A DNA stretch of 64,000 nucleotides from a virus (taxonomy: Duplodnaviria > Caudoviricetes), in IMG/VR virus record IMGVR_UViG_3300037067_010056, positions 2,975-66,974 of that record; one strand, 5' to 3'. Both the position numbers and the translations under genes were made by a program. Below, piece after piece: positions 19,633-29,027 of this stretch. The first letter of the stretch is position 1, and each line of letters begins with the position of its first letter. The notes under the pieces are model-generated. The model was not told where the DNA came from. It did no database searches and saw nothing but the letters and a program-made list of their open reading frames with translations.

Positions 19633-19637
19633 TTCAG

Positions 19638-20135
19638 ATGCCTACCTCGTGTGATACCTGTCGTCATTGTCCTACTACGTATCCATCGAAGGGGCTCAAG
19701 GGGAAGACTGTTAAGCAGAGTCCTGACTTTGGATGGGTGGGGACCTGTCTTCATGGGCATCCGGTTGGTATCTTGTGGGAGTGGGAGACAGATCACTTTG
19801 TGAACGAGACCTCAATGGTGCGTACCAACTTGACGCATACCATTTTGGAGTGGGACCTGATTATTCGGGTTCAGGATGCGAGTCGATTTCCCACTCAACC
19901 GAGCTTTTGGATTCTAGTAGGCCAAGAACCCATGCAGGTGGTGGAGATTGACGCTAACACTTGGAGGGTGATTCGCGGTGTTGGGGGTGAGGTTGTTACT
20001 CACATGGTGGGTGAGACTGTTATCGGTACTAAGATACCGGTGATTCGGCTGTACCGGTCAAACACTCTAGCTGATTGCTCTGACTGGGCTGAACCGGTAC
20101 GGGTCTCACGGTATGAGAGGAAGTGGGTGATCTGA
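19638..20135 (+). CDS. Tagged hypothetical protein (CDxCRxCPTTY family)
   Basis: Ends RVSRYERKWVI*. Confidence 0.8.
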   Translation: MPTSCDTCRHCPTTYPSKGLKGKTVKQSPDFGWVGTCLHGHPVGILWEWETDHFVNETSMVRTNLTHTILEWDLIIRVQDASRFPTQPSFWILVGQEPMQVVEIDANTWRVIRGVGGEVVTHMVGETVIGTKIPVIRLYRSNTLADCSDWAEPVRVSRYERKWVI

Positions 20136-20138
20136 GTC

Positions 20139-20537
20139 ATGCCAGTGGATGAGAACGTGAATACTCGGGCGCGATCCTATCGGGTGACTGACTCGAGCAG
20201 TGGGGCGTACTTTGATGTGAACTTCATCTTTGCGCCATTCATTCATAGTCGAGAGTTCACAGCGTTCGTTGACCCGGTGGGTTATGTCGAGTTAGGGCCG
20301 GATGGGCGCAGGGTGAATCCGACACCGGTGTTCTTTCAAGCTGAGGCACCCGAGCATCTTCTTGATTGGTTTCGGTTGGCTCAGTTGCTTGTCGATACCT
20401 TTCTTGAGTACAAGTGTACGGGGAGTACCTATCGGATGGAGGGTGATCCGGTATTGATAGCCCTGAAGGAGAAGGAGCCCAGTAAGGTTGAGCCCGTGGT
20501 CCGTGTGAGTCGATACGAGCGAGAGCCCGTGATATGA
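20139..20537 (+). CDS. Tagged hypothetical protein, paralogue of 16550
   Basis: SYxxxDSxSGAxFxV shared; ends RVSRYEREPVI*. Confidence 0.8.
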   Translation: MPVDENVNTRARSYRVTDSSSGAYFDVNFIFAPFIHSREFTAFVDPVGYVELGPDGRRVNPTPVFFQAEAPEHLLDWFRLAQLLVDTFLEYKCTGSTYRMEGDPVLIALKEKEPSKVEPVVRVSRYEREPVI

Positions 20538-20851
20538 TTGAGGTTCACATATCACTTTCCAGTGTTGACATCACCTACACGAGCGGTTTCCCATTGGGGG
20601 TTGTCGATGAGGACACCTACAACGACTTGATGTCTATTCTGTGGGGTCTCGATAGCCCCAAAGCGGCTCGTCACTACTTGATGGCCGTAGCTCTCTATCT
20701 CATGGACAACTATGAGTCGTCTTCTTGGAGGGTTGTTGGGTTCATTGGCACAAGGGAAGCGGGGAGGCTTGAGTGCCTACTACCTGAAGTAGAGGTCATT
20801 CCAGAGCTACCCAAACGAGTCTCACGTTATGAACGGGAACCGGTGATCTGA
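20534..20851 (+). CDS. Tagged hypothetical protein (MIEV family)
   Basis: Ends RVSRYEREPVI*. Confidence 0.8.
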   Translation: MIEVHISLSSVDITYTSGFPLGVVDEDTYNDLMSILWGLDSPKAARHYLMAVALYLMDNYESSSWRVVGFIGTREAGRLECLLPEVEVIPELPKRVSRYEREPVI

Positions 20852-20867
20852 CTGGTGTAGTGGGGGT

Positions 20868-21314
20868 ATGCCCAACCTGGTAGATCTGATTGGAAAGCCG
20901 CTCAATGACTTCAAGGTGGTACGGATGACGGAGGTTTACCGTACTGACTGTGACGGTAGGTTTGAGAAGTCCGTGGGGTGTCTCATGAATGAGGTAGAGG
21001 CTCGGGCGTATGCGACTGGGCTATCCGACTCTGCCTACACGGGAACACGCAGTGTCCTTGTCCTGACTGACGGGAAGGAAGCTTACTTCTTGGGGGACGA
21101 GGCGTTAGTGGCCGACATATCCGCTGTGCTTGACTCCATCCGTAAGAAGGCACTCTCCAAGTTGACCGCTGAGGAAATCCAAGTACTGGGCCTATCTTCG
21201 GTGTGGTTGCAGTTCTATGAAGAACACGCAACTTCCGAATGGGCATGGGAGGCTTATCTGCAAATATTGCAGGGGTATCATTCATCAATGCCGATGCATG
21301 AACCATACGGTTGA
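20868..21314 (+). CDS. Hypothetical protein
   Basis: ATG 8 nt after GGTGTA. Confidence 0.65.
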   Translation: MPNLVDLIGKPLNDFKVVRMTEVYRTDCDGRFEKSVGCLMNEVEARAYATGLSDSAYTGTRSVLVLTDGKEAYFLGDEALVADISAVLDSIRKKALSKLTAEEIQVLGLSSVWLQFYEEHATSEWAWEAYLQILQGYHSSMPMHEPYG

Positions 21315-21552
21315 AGTATTTGGGGTCTGTTCGACTTGTGAGCACAAGGAGGAGCTATCGCCTCGTGACAAGTACATGCTCTACGCTCGTGGGTGGCGTG
21401 ATGGTGGGGCTTGTACCGCGATGAAGCACCCTGACATCGAAGTGTACTCCCGGGGCTACGAGGATGGCAGCAAGGCTCGCAACGAGGCCATCACGGCCTA
21501 CTGCAAGGAGATCGGGTATCAACCCCAGGTACTCAGGGCGCAGGGTGACTAG
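21217..21552 (+). CDS. Hypothetical protein with Cys motifs
   Basis: CKYC, CRC, CSTC; start uncertain; overlaps the upstream ORF. Confidence 0.55.
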   Translation: MKNTQLPNGHGRLICKYCRGIIHQCRCMNHTVEVFGVCSTCEHKEELSPRDKYMLYARGWRDGGACTAMKHPDIEVYSRGYEDGSKARNEAITAYCKEIGYQPQVLRAQGD

Positions 21553-21806
21553 TGACCTTCTCTGAGGCTTTGGTGAAGCTCAAGTCTGGGTCTCGAGTGC
21601 GAAGACCTCAAGGGGGTGAGCTTCACTACACTTCCAACGGGGTAATACACAAGTACGACTTAAAGTCCCATATCTGGCATCACTGGATACCAATCCAATC
21701 GGACATCTTGGCAGATGATTGGGAGTTGGTGGTAGAATCGACGATTCCGAAACCTCATCCACGTTTAGGGGTACCTACACGATATGAGAGGAAATCGGTC
21801 ATCTAA
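21552..21806 (+). CDS. DUF2829/Tad2-like protein with C-terminal tag
   Basis: MTFSEAL..LKSG.RVRR...W.P.QSDILADDWE; ends PTRYERKSVI*. Confidence 0.7.
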   Translation: MTFSEALVKLKSGSRVRRPQGGELHYTSNGVIHKYDLKSHIWHHWIPIQSDILADDWELVVESTIPKPHPRLGVPTRYERKSVI

Positions 21807-21847
21807 CTCCCAGTATCCCCTGAATCTACTTATGCTGTACTCACGTT

Positions 21848-23125
21848 ATGTTCGACCTGATTGCTCTCAATGTCGCTCGACGGTATGCGGCTGTCGTTAA
21901 CCAAGGGGCGCTCGACAAGTGGGCAAAAGACCTCAAGGTGATGACCAAGATCTACCGTGACATTCCAGTGAGCATTGAGTGGGACGACACTGAGGGGCGT
22001 GAGAAGGCCTATGGGTACTTTCGTGAGGCTGAGAAGCTATTTCTCAACTTCCGCAATGGATTTGAGGCTTGGGTCTACAAGGTTGTTCTTCCTAGGATGG
22101 ACAAGAGTGAAGCCTATCTAGTGAAGGAGCTTCGCACGAGCACATGGGACTTCTTGCACACTATTAGAAGCCTATTTCCGACCAAGTGGGATGGGCAAAG
22201 TAGTCAGAATGTCAAGCACATCCCTGATCTCAGTGGGTTGAAGGCTAAGCGTGAGGGCAACATCAAGCGCTACCAGGTGGCATTCAAGAAGGTCTACAAG
22301 CAGCTCTCGGAGTACATCGAGTCCAAGGGTGGGGTGATGGTTCGCTATGATGCAGTGGACCATGTTGAGGTCGCGGGCGTTCCTGTGATTCTTGAGAACC
22401 TGGGTCGGGATGAGGGGACTTTTGACTACACGGTTGAGCCATTGAACCTGCTTGGCAAACACTTGAAGACGGTCAAGGGGGCAGGGTTCGCAGTGGCGCT
22501 TGATGGGCTCAAGGTAACGATCAACTTCACGCCTGATAAGTTTGATGAAGCGGGCAAGTACAATCCGGCTACCGATACACTCACCCTGCACCCTCTTGGG
22601 ATGATTGACACACCTGATGGGCATACTCTAATCCACGAGATTGGTCATCGGTTCTGGTTCAAGTGTCTACCTGGGCAAGCTCGGTCGATGTGGGAAGAAA
22701 TCCTCTCAGATCGTGGTGTTACTATCTTTGAGGGTGATATTGAGCGCTTCTTCCATATCGTTGAGAGCAAGCTTACCAAGGACTTTGCCTTTATGGATGC
22801 CGAGGACATCCTGAAGTTGACTTTGCCGGCGGCAAAGAGCAAGAGTGACGAGCTGAAGTTCCAAGAACTCTCAGAGACCCACATCAGGGGGCTCGGTACT
22901 GGTCCTGGGGAGCCTTTTGATGCGAAGGACTACCTACGTCGACTCATGTTCAAGAAGGACGAGGTGGTTCAGGTCGAGGAGGTCTCGGACTATGGGGATA
23001 GCAGCCCGGTTGAGGGTTTTGCTGAAGCGTTTCGGTTGTGGGTGACGAAGGGCCCTCAGACTATCAAGCCCTTCACTCGTGAGCTATTCGTTCAAGTCTG
23101 CCGAGCGGGTGACGCTCGGATCTGA
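21848..23125 (+). CDS. HEXXH zincin-like metallopeptidase, probable virion protein
   Basis: HEIGH plus SDYG...EGFAEAF; N-terminal LNVARRYAA. Confidence 0.7.
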   Translation: MFDLIALNVARRYAAVVNQGALDKWAKDLKVMTKIYRDIPVSIEWDDTEGREKAYGYFREAEKLFLNFRNGFEAWVYKVVLPRMDKSEAYLVKELRTSTWDFLHTIRSLFPTKWDGQSSQNVKHIPDLSGLKAKREGNIKRYQVAFKKVYKQLSEYIESKGGVMVRYDAVDHVEVAGVPVILENLGRDEGTFDYTVEPLNLLGKHLKTVKGAGFAVALDGLKVTINFTPDKFDEAGKYNPATDTLTLHPLGMIDTPDGHTLIHEIGHRFWFKCLPGQARSMWEEILSDRGVTIFEGDIERFFHIVESKLTKDFAFMDAEDILKLTLPAAKSKSDELKFQELSETHIRGLGTGPGEPFDAKDYLRRLMFKKDEVVQVEEVSDYGDSSPVEGFAEAFRLWVTKGPQTIKPFTRELFVQVCRAGDARI

Positions 23126-23153
23126 GATCCACAGGGGCTACCCTGTGGATCTC
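23124..23153. terminator. Bidirectional terminator-like hairpin
   Basis: 13-bp perfect stem with GCTA loop, between convergent genes. Confidence 0.7.
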
Positions 23154-23170
23154 TTCCATCCTACTTGGGT

Positions 23171-23611
23171 TCACTGAAGGGACCAAGCGTCGTAGGTGCG
23201 CTGTTTCCGTAAGACGACGATAACCCCTTTGAATCGTTCCTTCTCTCGTTGGTTACGCAGCATGATAGCCTTTGTGTGACGTACCTCTTGCTTCCTAGCA
23301 TTGTTGTCAATAATAACTTTTCGTTCGGCCTTGTCCGGATCTAGGCCTCTACGGACCCAAATCCAGTACCAACGGGCATCGTTCTCGTTACCGAAGCGGG
23401 CGAGTATACGTTCCTTCTCTTCCTTGGGAAACCCAGCAGAAGCTTGCGAGTAGCTGTAATTCGAGAACTTGGGTCTTGATGTTCGTATACCAGTGAAGTC
23501 CTTTATAGTCAGGGCTTCCATGGGCATTTGGTTGATCTCTTGAATGGTCAATGGTCTTCTATTGGGCATTTTACCTAGAGTGCAAGCAAAGGGAATTGAG
23601 TGTTGAGCCAA
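23171..23611 (-). CDS. Basic hypothetical protein
   Basis: 146-aa ORF; TTG start inside a hairpin; alternative ATG downstream. Confidence 0.6.
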   Translation of the reverse strand: MAQHSIPFACTLGKMPNRRPLTIQEINQMPMEALTIKDFTGIRTSRPKFSNYSYSQASAGFPKEEKERILARFGNENDARWYWIWVRRGLDPDKAERKVIIDNNARKQEVRHTKAIMLRNQREKERFKGVIVVLRKQRTYDAWSLQ

Positions 23612-24096
23612 ACTGGCTCAACGGCGAAGTTCACCGGATGATCTCTGATCCAAGGGAGCCATTGGGCTCCGCTGAAGCATCTGGGATTAACTTCGCTTCT
23701 TCCTCACGTTGACCTCTTTGCTTGGCCACCCGGATGTCACTGCGCCGATGTCGGCTCCGGGGTGCATGTCCTTAGGTAATCGCTTCCCCTCGAAAGTAGC
23801 ATGAGTATCTCTGAAGGCCAATCATTTTCTCATCAATGGTTTGAGTTTGGTGTACTTTGGTTTCACGTGCATACACGCCAGAGCTGCTCTAACACCTCGC
23901 ACCCGAAGTGCCCCCAGTGTGGGAAGAATCCGACCAGTAGACCTGAAGAGGAGGTTATTCTCTCAGGTCCATGGGTGTGTCTCAAGTGCGGTTACACGAT
24001 GAGGGTGCACCAGGTCATTCGGTATGTGACGGAACCGGTAGCTGGTTGGAGCGAAAAGTAGTGGTTTGGTGACTTATTATGGTGTAGTCGACAACT

Positions 24097-24432
24097 ATGA
24101 ATCGACGCAACCTTCTTCAGTCATTTGGCCTGTTACTACTAGCCCCGTTGGTTACCACTCTTGGGTGGGCAAAGGTAACTGAACCTCAGCCTAAGAAGTA
24201 CTACTTGGGATATAATCAACCCTATGACCGATCGCTCGTGAACTTTACTCGAGGTTCGAATGGTATACTTACTGCTACTCTGTTTTGGGAGCCTACTCCT
24301 GGGGCTACCCCCAACTGTATAACTGCGATGTCTCAATCAGAGTATGACCTGGAACAGTTTCACTCAAGTACGCAACGGTTTCTTGAGCGCTGTAGAAGCA
24401 ATAATATGAATGCCATAGGGGTTTCGGTGTAG
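24097..24432 (+). CDS. Protein with Tat-like signal peptide
   Basis: MNRRNLLQ + hydrophobic stretch; GGTGTA 10 nt upstream. Confidence 0.7.
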   Translation: MNRRNLLQSFGLLLLAPLVTTLGWAKVTEPQPKKYYLGYNQPYDRSLVNFTRGSNGILTATLFWEPTPGATPNCITAMSQSEYDLEQFHSSTQRFLERCRSNNMNAIGVSV

Positions 24433-24441
24433 TCACTTTCT

Positions 24442-24933
24442 ATGGCACTTGATACAGTTTGGGATACCGCAGAGAGTTTACTGGCTTCGTTGAATGCTTA
24501 CCGGTTGAACTTTCCAGAGGTATCGATATCAAACATAGACAGTCGTACTTCTGAGCCTACATTGATCTGGGTTGCGTCTAAAGAGGGAGTGATCATCCAG
24601 ACGTGGTCGATACCCTTGAAGTTGTTCCAGTCAACTTGGGGCCAGGTACGCCATACCTCCTATCAAGGGCATGAATCTCGATTGGATATCGAGAGGAGGA
24701 TTCTGGCCTTGAAAAGCAAGCCGCTCGATGACCTACGGACGCGGAGCGGTTCAGTCAAGAGTTCGTCCCTCTTGGTGTTGTTCCTCTACACCTTGATGCG
24801 GGACCATCTGACCCCTGGGGAGGTGGAAGCCATCCTTCAGGAAGAGGTCGAGAAGTATGCCGGGAAAGAGATGGAGTACTCGAACGGGTGGCTTGCAAAC
24901 TATGCCAAGGACATAGCTCGACGCTTGGTGTAA
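24442..24933 (+). CDS. Hypothetical protein
   Basis: GGTGTA 10 nt upstream. Confidence 0.75.
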   Translation: MALDTVWDTAESLLASLNAYRLNFPEVSISNIDSRTSEPTLIWVASKEGVIIQTWSIPLKLFQSTWGQVRHTSYQGHESRLDIERRILALKSKPLDDLRTRSGSVKSSSLLVLFLYTLMRDHLTPGEVEAILQEEVEKYAGKEMEYSNGWLANYAKDIARRLV

Positions 24934-24944
24934 TCTGATCCTCT

Positions 24945-25478
24945 ATGGCTCTGGCGATTGAGTGGTATCTTGACCAGCTCTCTAGTGACGATGCGGGGGT
25001 TGACTCCTGTACGGACCCAGTCTTACGAAATCGGATTCGATGGTACATTGACTGGTCAATGACCCAGAGTACCCCTTCACATGTGAGTCGTTCGGTAAAG
25101 CAACAGATCCTTGAAGCATACTTGTTCAGTCAGAATGGGCGGGACCAGTTCGCGCAGTCGATGCAGCAGCCCTGTCAGGTACGGTATGACCACTATCGGG
25201 AGATAGTTGACACTCGGAGTCAACCCTTTGATTGGACTTGGGCTCGTGTACTCAATGGCATCAGAGAGGCGCTCATTGAGCACGAGAACTTCTTCAGCAT
25301 CCTTCCTGAGGGGGAGCGGTTCACGGAGCCTGTATTCCAGCTTCGAAGGCTGATGAGGCAGATGTTCACCCTGTATCAGGAAGCTCTGCATGCATCGGCT
25401 GGTGCGGACCTTGAAGCGGTGATCCCTGGTACTAGGGGGTTTGAACGATTTGTCGACTTGAACGAGGAACCTAGTTGA
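24945..25478 (+). CDS. Hypothetical protein related to 16961
   Basis: Shared Y-x4-GR-x2-[LF]AQS-x3-P and EGERF motifs. Confidence 0.75.
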   Translation: MALAIEWYLDQLSSDDAGVDSCTDPVLRNRIRWYIDWSMTQSTPSHVSRSVKQQILEAYLFSQNGRDQFAQSMQQPCQVRYDHYREIVDTRSQPFDWTWARVLNGIREALIEHENFFSILPEGERFTEPVFQLRRLMRQMFTLYQEALHASAGADLEAVIPGTRGFERFVDLNEEPS

Positions 25479-25563
25479 GGTCTGAGTTATTCAGGTGTAG
25501 TACTAGTAGTTCAACCAAAGTAACCCTGTCAGCTACCAGACAGGGTTACAATCAAGGAGTAAT

Positions 25564-26247
25564 ATGCCAACTGAAGAGAACCCTGTTCGTATTGTGTTAT
25601 TCGCAGACCGACCTACAGCCATGCTGGTTCATGCTCATGAGGGCTCGAAGTTCCAGCTTCCACAGCTCCAAGCTCCGTTTGAGAAGGATGCTGTTGCTCA
25701 TGCAATAGGGGTCAGTGGTCTCACGGTTCGAGTCTCTGTGGAGCCAAGTACAGGTCGTTGGGGGTCAGCTATCGGTCGTAAGATTCGAGAGGAGAAGTTC
25801 GAGCGAGCTCAGCACCAGAAGCTCAGGGAGGCTCAGCAGGCTACCCTACTGAAGCACTCTAGTGACCCTCTGGAGAGTGATCGGGCGTCCTTGATGCTTC
25901 GCAAGCATCAAGTGGATGATGACCTTCGTAAGGCCAAGGTTGCTCTTGGGCAGGCCAAGGCCAAAGCGTTCAAGCACCGTATATTCTTGGACCCAATGGC
26001 CTATCGGAAGCTTGAGGCCAACGTGGAGGAACTAAAGCAAGAGTCTCAGGGCATCCAGGTAACCCTCGGACAACTCCGCAAACAAGAGGTTTCCAAGAAA
26101 CCTGGATTCGACTTAGGGAACAAGCGCTTCAGGGACTTTGCCCACAAGATCCTCAGTGATGAGCTGTTTAGCGAGATTCAGGCTCTCACCGAGAGCGATG
26201 TCGATCCTTATACCTTCGAGCCGGATTACTCTGACAATGAGGATTGA
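25564..26247 (+). CDS. Coiled-coil hypothetical protein
   Basis: 227-aa ATG ORF. Confidence 0.75.
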   Translation: MPTEENPVRIVLFADRPTAMLVHAHEGSKFQLPQLQAPFEKDAVAHAIGVSGLTVRVSVEPSTGRWGSAIGRKIREEKFERAQHQKLREAQQATLLKHSSDPLESDRASLMLRKHQVDDDLRKAKVALGQAKAKAFKHRIFLDPMAYRKLEANVEELKQESQGIQVTLGQLRKQEVSKKPGFDLGNKRFRDFAHKILSDELFSEIQALTESDVDPYTFEPDYSDNED

Positions 26248-26570
26248 CTCTTGGTGTATACTTGAGCCCATGGACCGTCGAGCGCGAGAACCCCAACAAG
26301 GTCACCTACAAGGGGAAAGTGGTTGATAGTCAGGTTATACTGACTTCAGTTCAGTACCCTTCCGAGTTCATTGGCGAGGATGGGAAGGTTGTTATGGCCT
26401 GCGAGCCTGTTGAAGCCGGACCCAGAGGCGAGCTAACCTTCGATGCTTCTGAGATACCGTTTGCGACGTCACCTTTTGATGAGGAGATGCGACCGCCAGA
26501 GATAGCACGGGACCAGATGGTGACTCATACGACGGTTGGTGGTCGAGGCATAGTTGGGAGGATTAAGTAG
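26244..26570 (+). CDS. Hypothetical protein
   Basis: Fills the gap in an operon; start uncertain. Confidence 0.55.
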   Translation: MTLGVYLSPWTVERENPNKVTYKGKVVDSQVILTSVQYPSEFIGEDGKVVMACEPVEAGPRGELTFDASEIPFATSPFDEEMRPPEIARDQMVTHTTVGGRGIVGRIK

Positions 26571-27001
26571 TGTTGATTCAACTTGCGGGCAAGTTCATCA
26601 TTGATCCGATTCGATTCCCTCAGCGGCTTATAGTTGAGCTGGATATCGGTGGTGGATTCAGTGACGGGCATCCTGAGTGTGGTTTATTCTCAGGTACAAA
26701 CGATGGTTTCGAGCATCGTGAAGAGATGGGGCAGAGGATTCATGGAACTCCCATTGATGCAGAATCCCCCTGGGTTCAGTGGTACAACATTTGTGCCCCT
26801 AATCGTTCACAACCGCATCGACGTCATGGGTATCACTATGTGGCTATTGGTTGGCATGACGGTGTCTACGCGTCATACCCAATACCTACAGAAATCATTC
26901 TCGAAGACTCTGCGGGGTCTTGGAGTGTGATCATTGGGCGGGCCCATGGTGTCACAGTCCTTCTCAACGACTATGCACCTTGGGATCAAGTGCAGCTATG
27001 A
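26570..27001 (+). CDS. Hypothetical protein
   Basis: Operon overlap. Confidence 0.65.
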   Translation: MLIQLAGKFIIDPIRFPQRLIVELDIGGGFSDGHPECGLFSGTNDGFEHREEMGQRIHGTPIDAESPWVQWYNICAPNRSQPHRRHGYHYVAIGWHDGVYASYPIPTEIILEDSAGSWSVIIGRAHGVTVLLNDYAPWDQVQL

Positions 27002-27339
27002 TTGAAAAGCTGGTCTATGACCCTGAGGACGGGTTCTACGATGAAAATGGAGTAGTTTGGGCCACCCGAGCTGCCTACCTCAAGCAGGGCGTTCTACCAC
27101 TCTGTGATTGTGGGGACTCGGATGCTATCCTCAGGTACATCGTCGATATGTTCCGATTGCATGTTGGGCAGAACACTTGGGATACCACTAAGTATGATGA
27201 TATGCCTACAATGTTCTTCCTCTCGTGGGCCAGCAATCAGGACTACATCGAGCATGGGGCGACTATTCGTTGCTCCTGGTTAACTCCAAAGGGTTCGGAG
27301 CTGCTCAAAGACATCGAAACAGTGCTCAGTGAAGGGTGA
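26998..27339 (+). CDS. Hypothetical protein
   Basis: ATGA overlap. Confidence 0.65.
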   Translation: MIEKLVYDPEDGFYDENGVVWATRAAYLKQGVLPLCDCGDSDAILRYIVDMFRLHVGQNTWDTTKYDDMPTMFFLSWASNQDYIEHGATIRCSWLTPKGSELLKDIETVLSEG

Positions 27340-27358
27340 CTAGTGCCCAAGTGGAACC

Positions 27359-27619
27359 TTAGTCATAAGATCCACTTGGGCTCAATACCACACACCTAGT
27401 GGCATCTGTACCAGAGTACACATCTTCTTCTGTGTATTCTTGTTCCTCCAGATCGGGGGTCAAATGATGCAGGTGAACCTCACTCTCACTATTGATGACG
27501 GAATTGTCGTCGATATAACCAAGCTTGCCATACCCGTTACCCTCTGCATCCCGGGCTAATACGACCAACAAGTCAGGGTCAAGCTTTGATAGGGCTTCAA
27601 TCAGGTCTCGGACTTTCAT
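27359..27619 (-). CDS. Phage hypothetical protein (MKVxDLIExL type)
   Basis: GGTGTA 11 nt upstream on minus strand. Confidence 0.7.
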   Translation of the reverse strand: MKVRDLIEALSKLDPDLLVVLARDAEGNGYGKLGYIDDNSVINSESEVHLHHLTPDLEEQEYTEEDVYSGTDATRCVVLSPSGSYD

Positions 27620-27629
27620 GGGTTGTTAC

Positions 27630-28313
27630 CTACACCTTGTGCTTGAGTTCATCGATTCGATCATGAGCCTTTTGAATGTCTTCGGGGCTCATGTAGTCCA
27701 GGTTGATCTTGAGCTGAGTCTGTAGTGACTCGAGTTCAAGTCGGGCGAGGTATCTCTTCTCGGCGGGGGCGCTCCGGGGCTTGATGAGGTACTGGACGGT
27801 TCCACCCAGCTTGCGCTTACCCACAATGGTTCCCGTTGGTGTCTCGGTACCGATCGGAGTTGTTCTCAGCACGAAGGTTGGGCCAGGGTCCTTGTCCCAA
27901 CCTCGGCCTTCAACTCGAGCACCCTCTTCTTTGATATGGCATCCGGGCTTCCACGGGGTGTTGGCATCCTCTTTGGGGATGCGCTCTGGCTTCTTCAGCC
28001 TCCCGTTCTTGTCGAGGTAGGTGACTTCCACGGTCGCGTCGAGGTAGCGTTGTCGAACCTTACGCGCCATCTCGCGCTTGTAGGTTTCATCCCAGTCCTG
28101 GTAGATCCTGGTGAGGTTGACCTTCTCCTTTTGGGGGCCAAGGGCGACTGAGATGTACCTAGTCAAGCTCCCTGGCTCGCCTTGGTAGATAGCCCCCGTT
28201 GAGTCATAGTCACACTCTCGGAGGGCATCGACGAAGGCGGGCCAGTTCTCACCTTGAGATGGCATGCGCTCCGCGCGCTCTACCAGCTCCTTGACAATGG
28301 GGTCGTTGCTCAT
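27630..28313 (-). CDS. Hypothetical protein
   Basis: 227-aa ATG ORF. Confidence 0.75.
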   Translation of the reverse strand: MSNDPIVKELVERAERMPSQGENWPAFVDALRECDYDSTGAIYQGEPGSLTRYISVALGPQKEKVNLTRIYQDWDETYKREMARKVRQRYLDATVEVTYLDKNGRLKKPERIPKEDANTPWKPGCHIKEEGARVEGRGWDKDPGPTFVLRTTPIGTETPTGTIVGKRKLGGTVQYLIKPRSAPAEKRYLARLELESLQTQLKINLDYMSPEDIQKAHDRIDELKHKV

Positions 28314-28341
28314 GCTAGTTCATGCCCAATAGGTAGAAGTT

Positions 28342-28647
28342 TCACTGCCTTGAGACTTCCTTGTGGGCCTTATCATAGAGGTGTTCCCGACCGCTGCGCC
28401 AGCTCTCGAGAGTGCAGGCATCGCACATCCAGTGATAGTCGGACCGAGGATTGTTGCTTGCATAGGCGGAGAGCCAGATGTACTTCTTGCAGGCATCAAA
28501 GAACTCGTCATCAGTCATAGTGGCCAGCTTGTCGGCGTACTCTTGACGGAGCGGCCCATCATTGCTCTTACCGGGGATGGTGACCTTGCCGTTTTCAAGC
28601 ACCAGTTCAACGCCACAAGCGAAAAGACATCGTCGTTCAGTAGACAT
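28342..28647 (-). CDS. Hypothetical protein
   Basis: ATG 6 nt after class A motif. Confidence 0.75.
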   Translation of the reverse strand: MSTERRCLFACGVELVLENGKVTIPGKSNDGPLRQEYADKLATMTDDEFFDACKKYIWLSAYASNNPRSDYHWMCDACTLESWRSGREHLYDKAHKEVSRQ

Positions 28648-28768
28648 GACCTGTATTACGCACGAGAGGATGGTTTCTCAACCTAGGTAAGACGGTACTA
28701 CGAAAAACGGACCATTGTCCAGCTTGACTTTTGGTTTTCACCTGTGTACCACTGCTTGTTATCAGCTA

Positions 28769-29017
28769 ATGCCGAGAGCCGATATAAAAGTAGGTGACTT
28801 TGTTCGGCTAGTTACTGGAAGTCCGGTGATGCTGGTATTGAGGTGCTACAACGGTTTCAATAGTAGCACACCTTACGCTATAGATGTAACATGGTACGAC
28901 CAGGGGATTAAAAAAGAAGAGCAAATAGATTCCATCTGTTTTGAGAAGTGTTCCAAACCAACTAAAGAGCAGAAGAACGTGATCCAAAGTAGGTACGAGC
29001 GCCCATGGGTCATTTAG
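28769..29017 (+). CDS. YodC/DUF2158-like protein with C-terminal tag
   Basis: IKVGDFVRLVTGSPVM..VTWYD; ends QSRYERPWVI*. Confidence 0.7.
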   Translation: MPRADIKVGDFVRLVTGSPVMLVLRCYNGFNSSTPYAIDVTWYDQGIKKEEQIDSICFEKCSKPTKEQKNVIQSRYERPWVI

Positions 29018-29027
29018 GTAGGTACTT

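Noticed and set aside
14858-21806. Tag as an integron attC or other DNA recombination site
   Set aside because: Codons vary synonymously (TCN vs AGY Ser), there is no inverted-repeat core, and no integrase is visible in the window.
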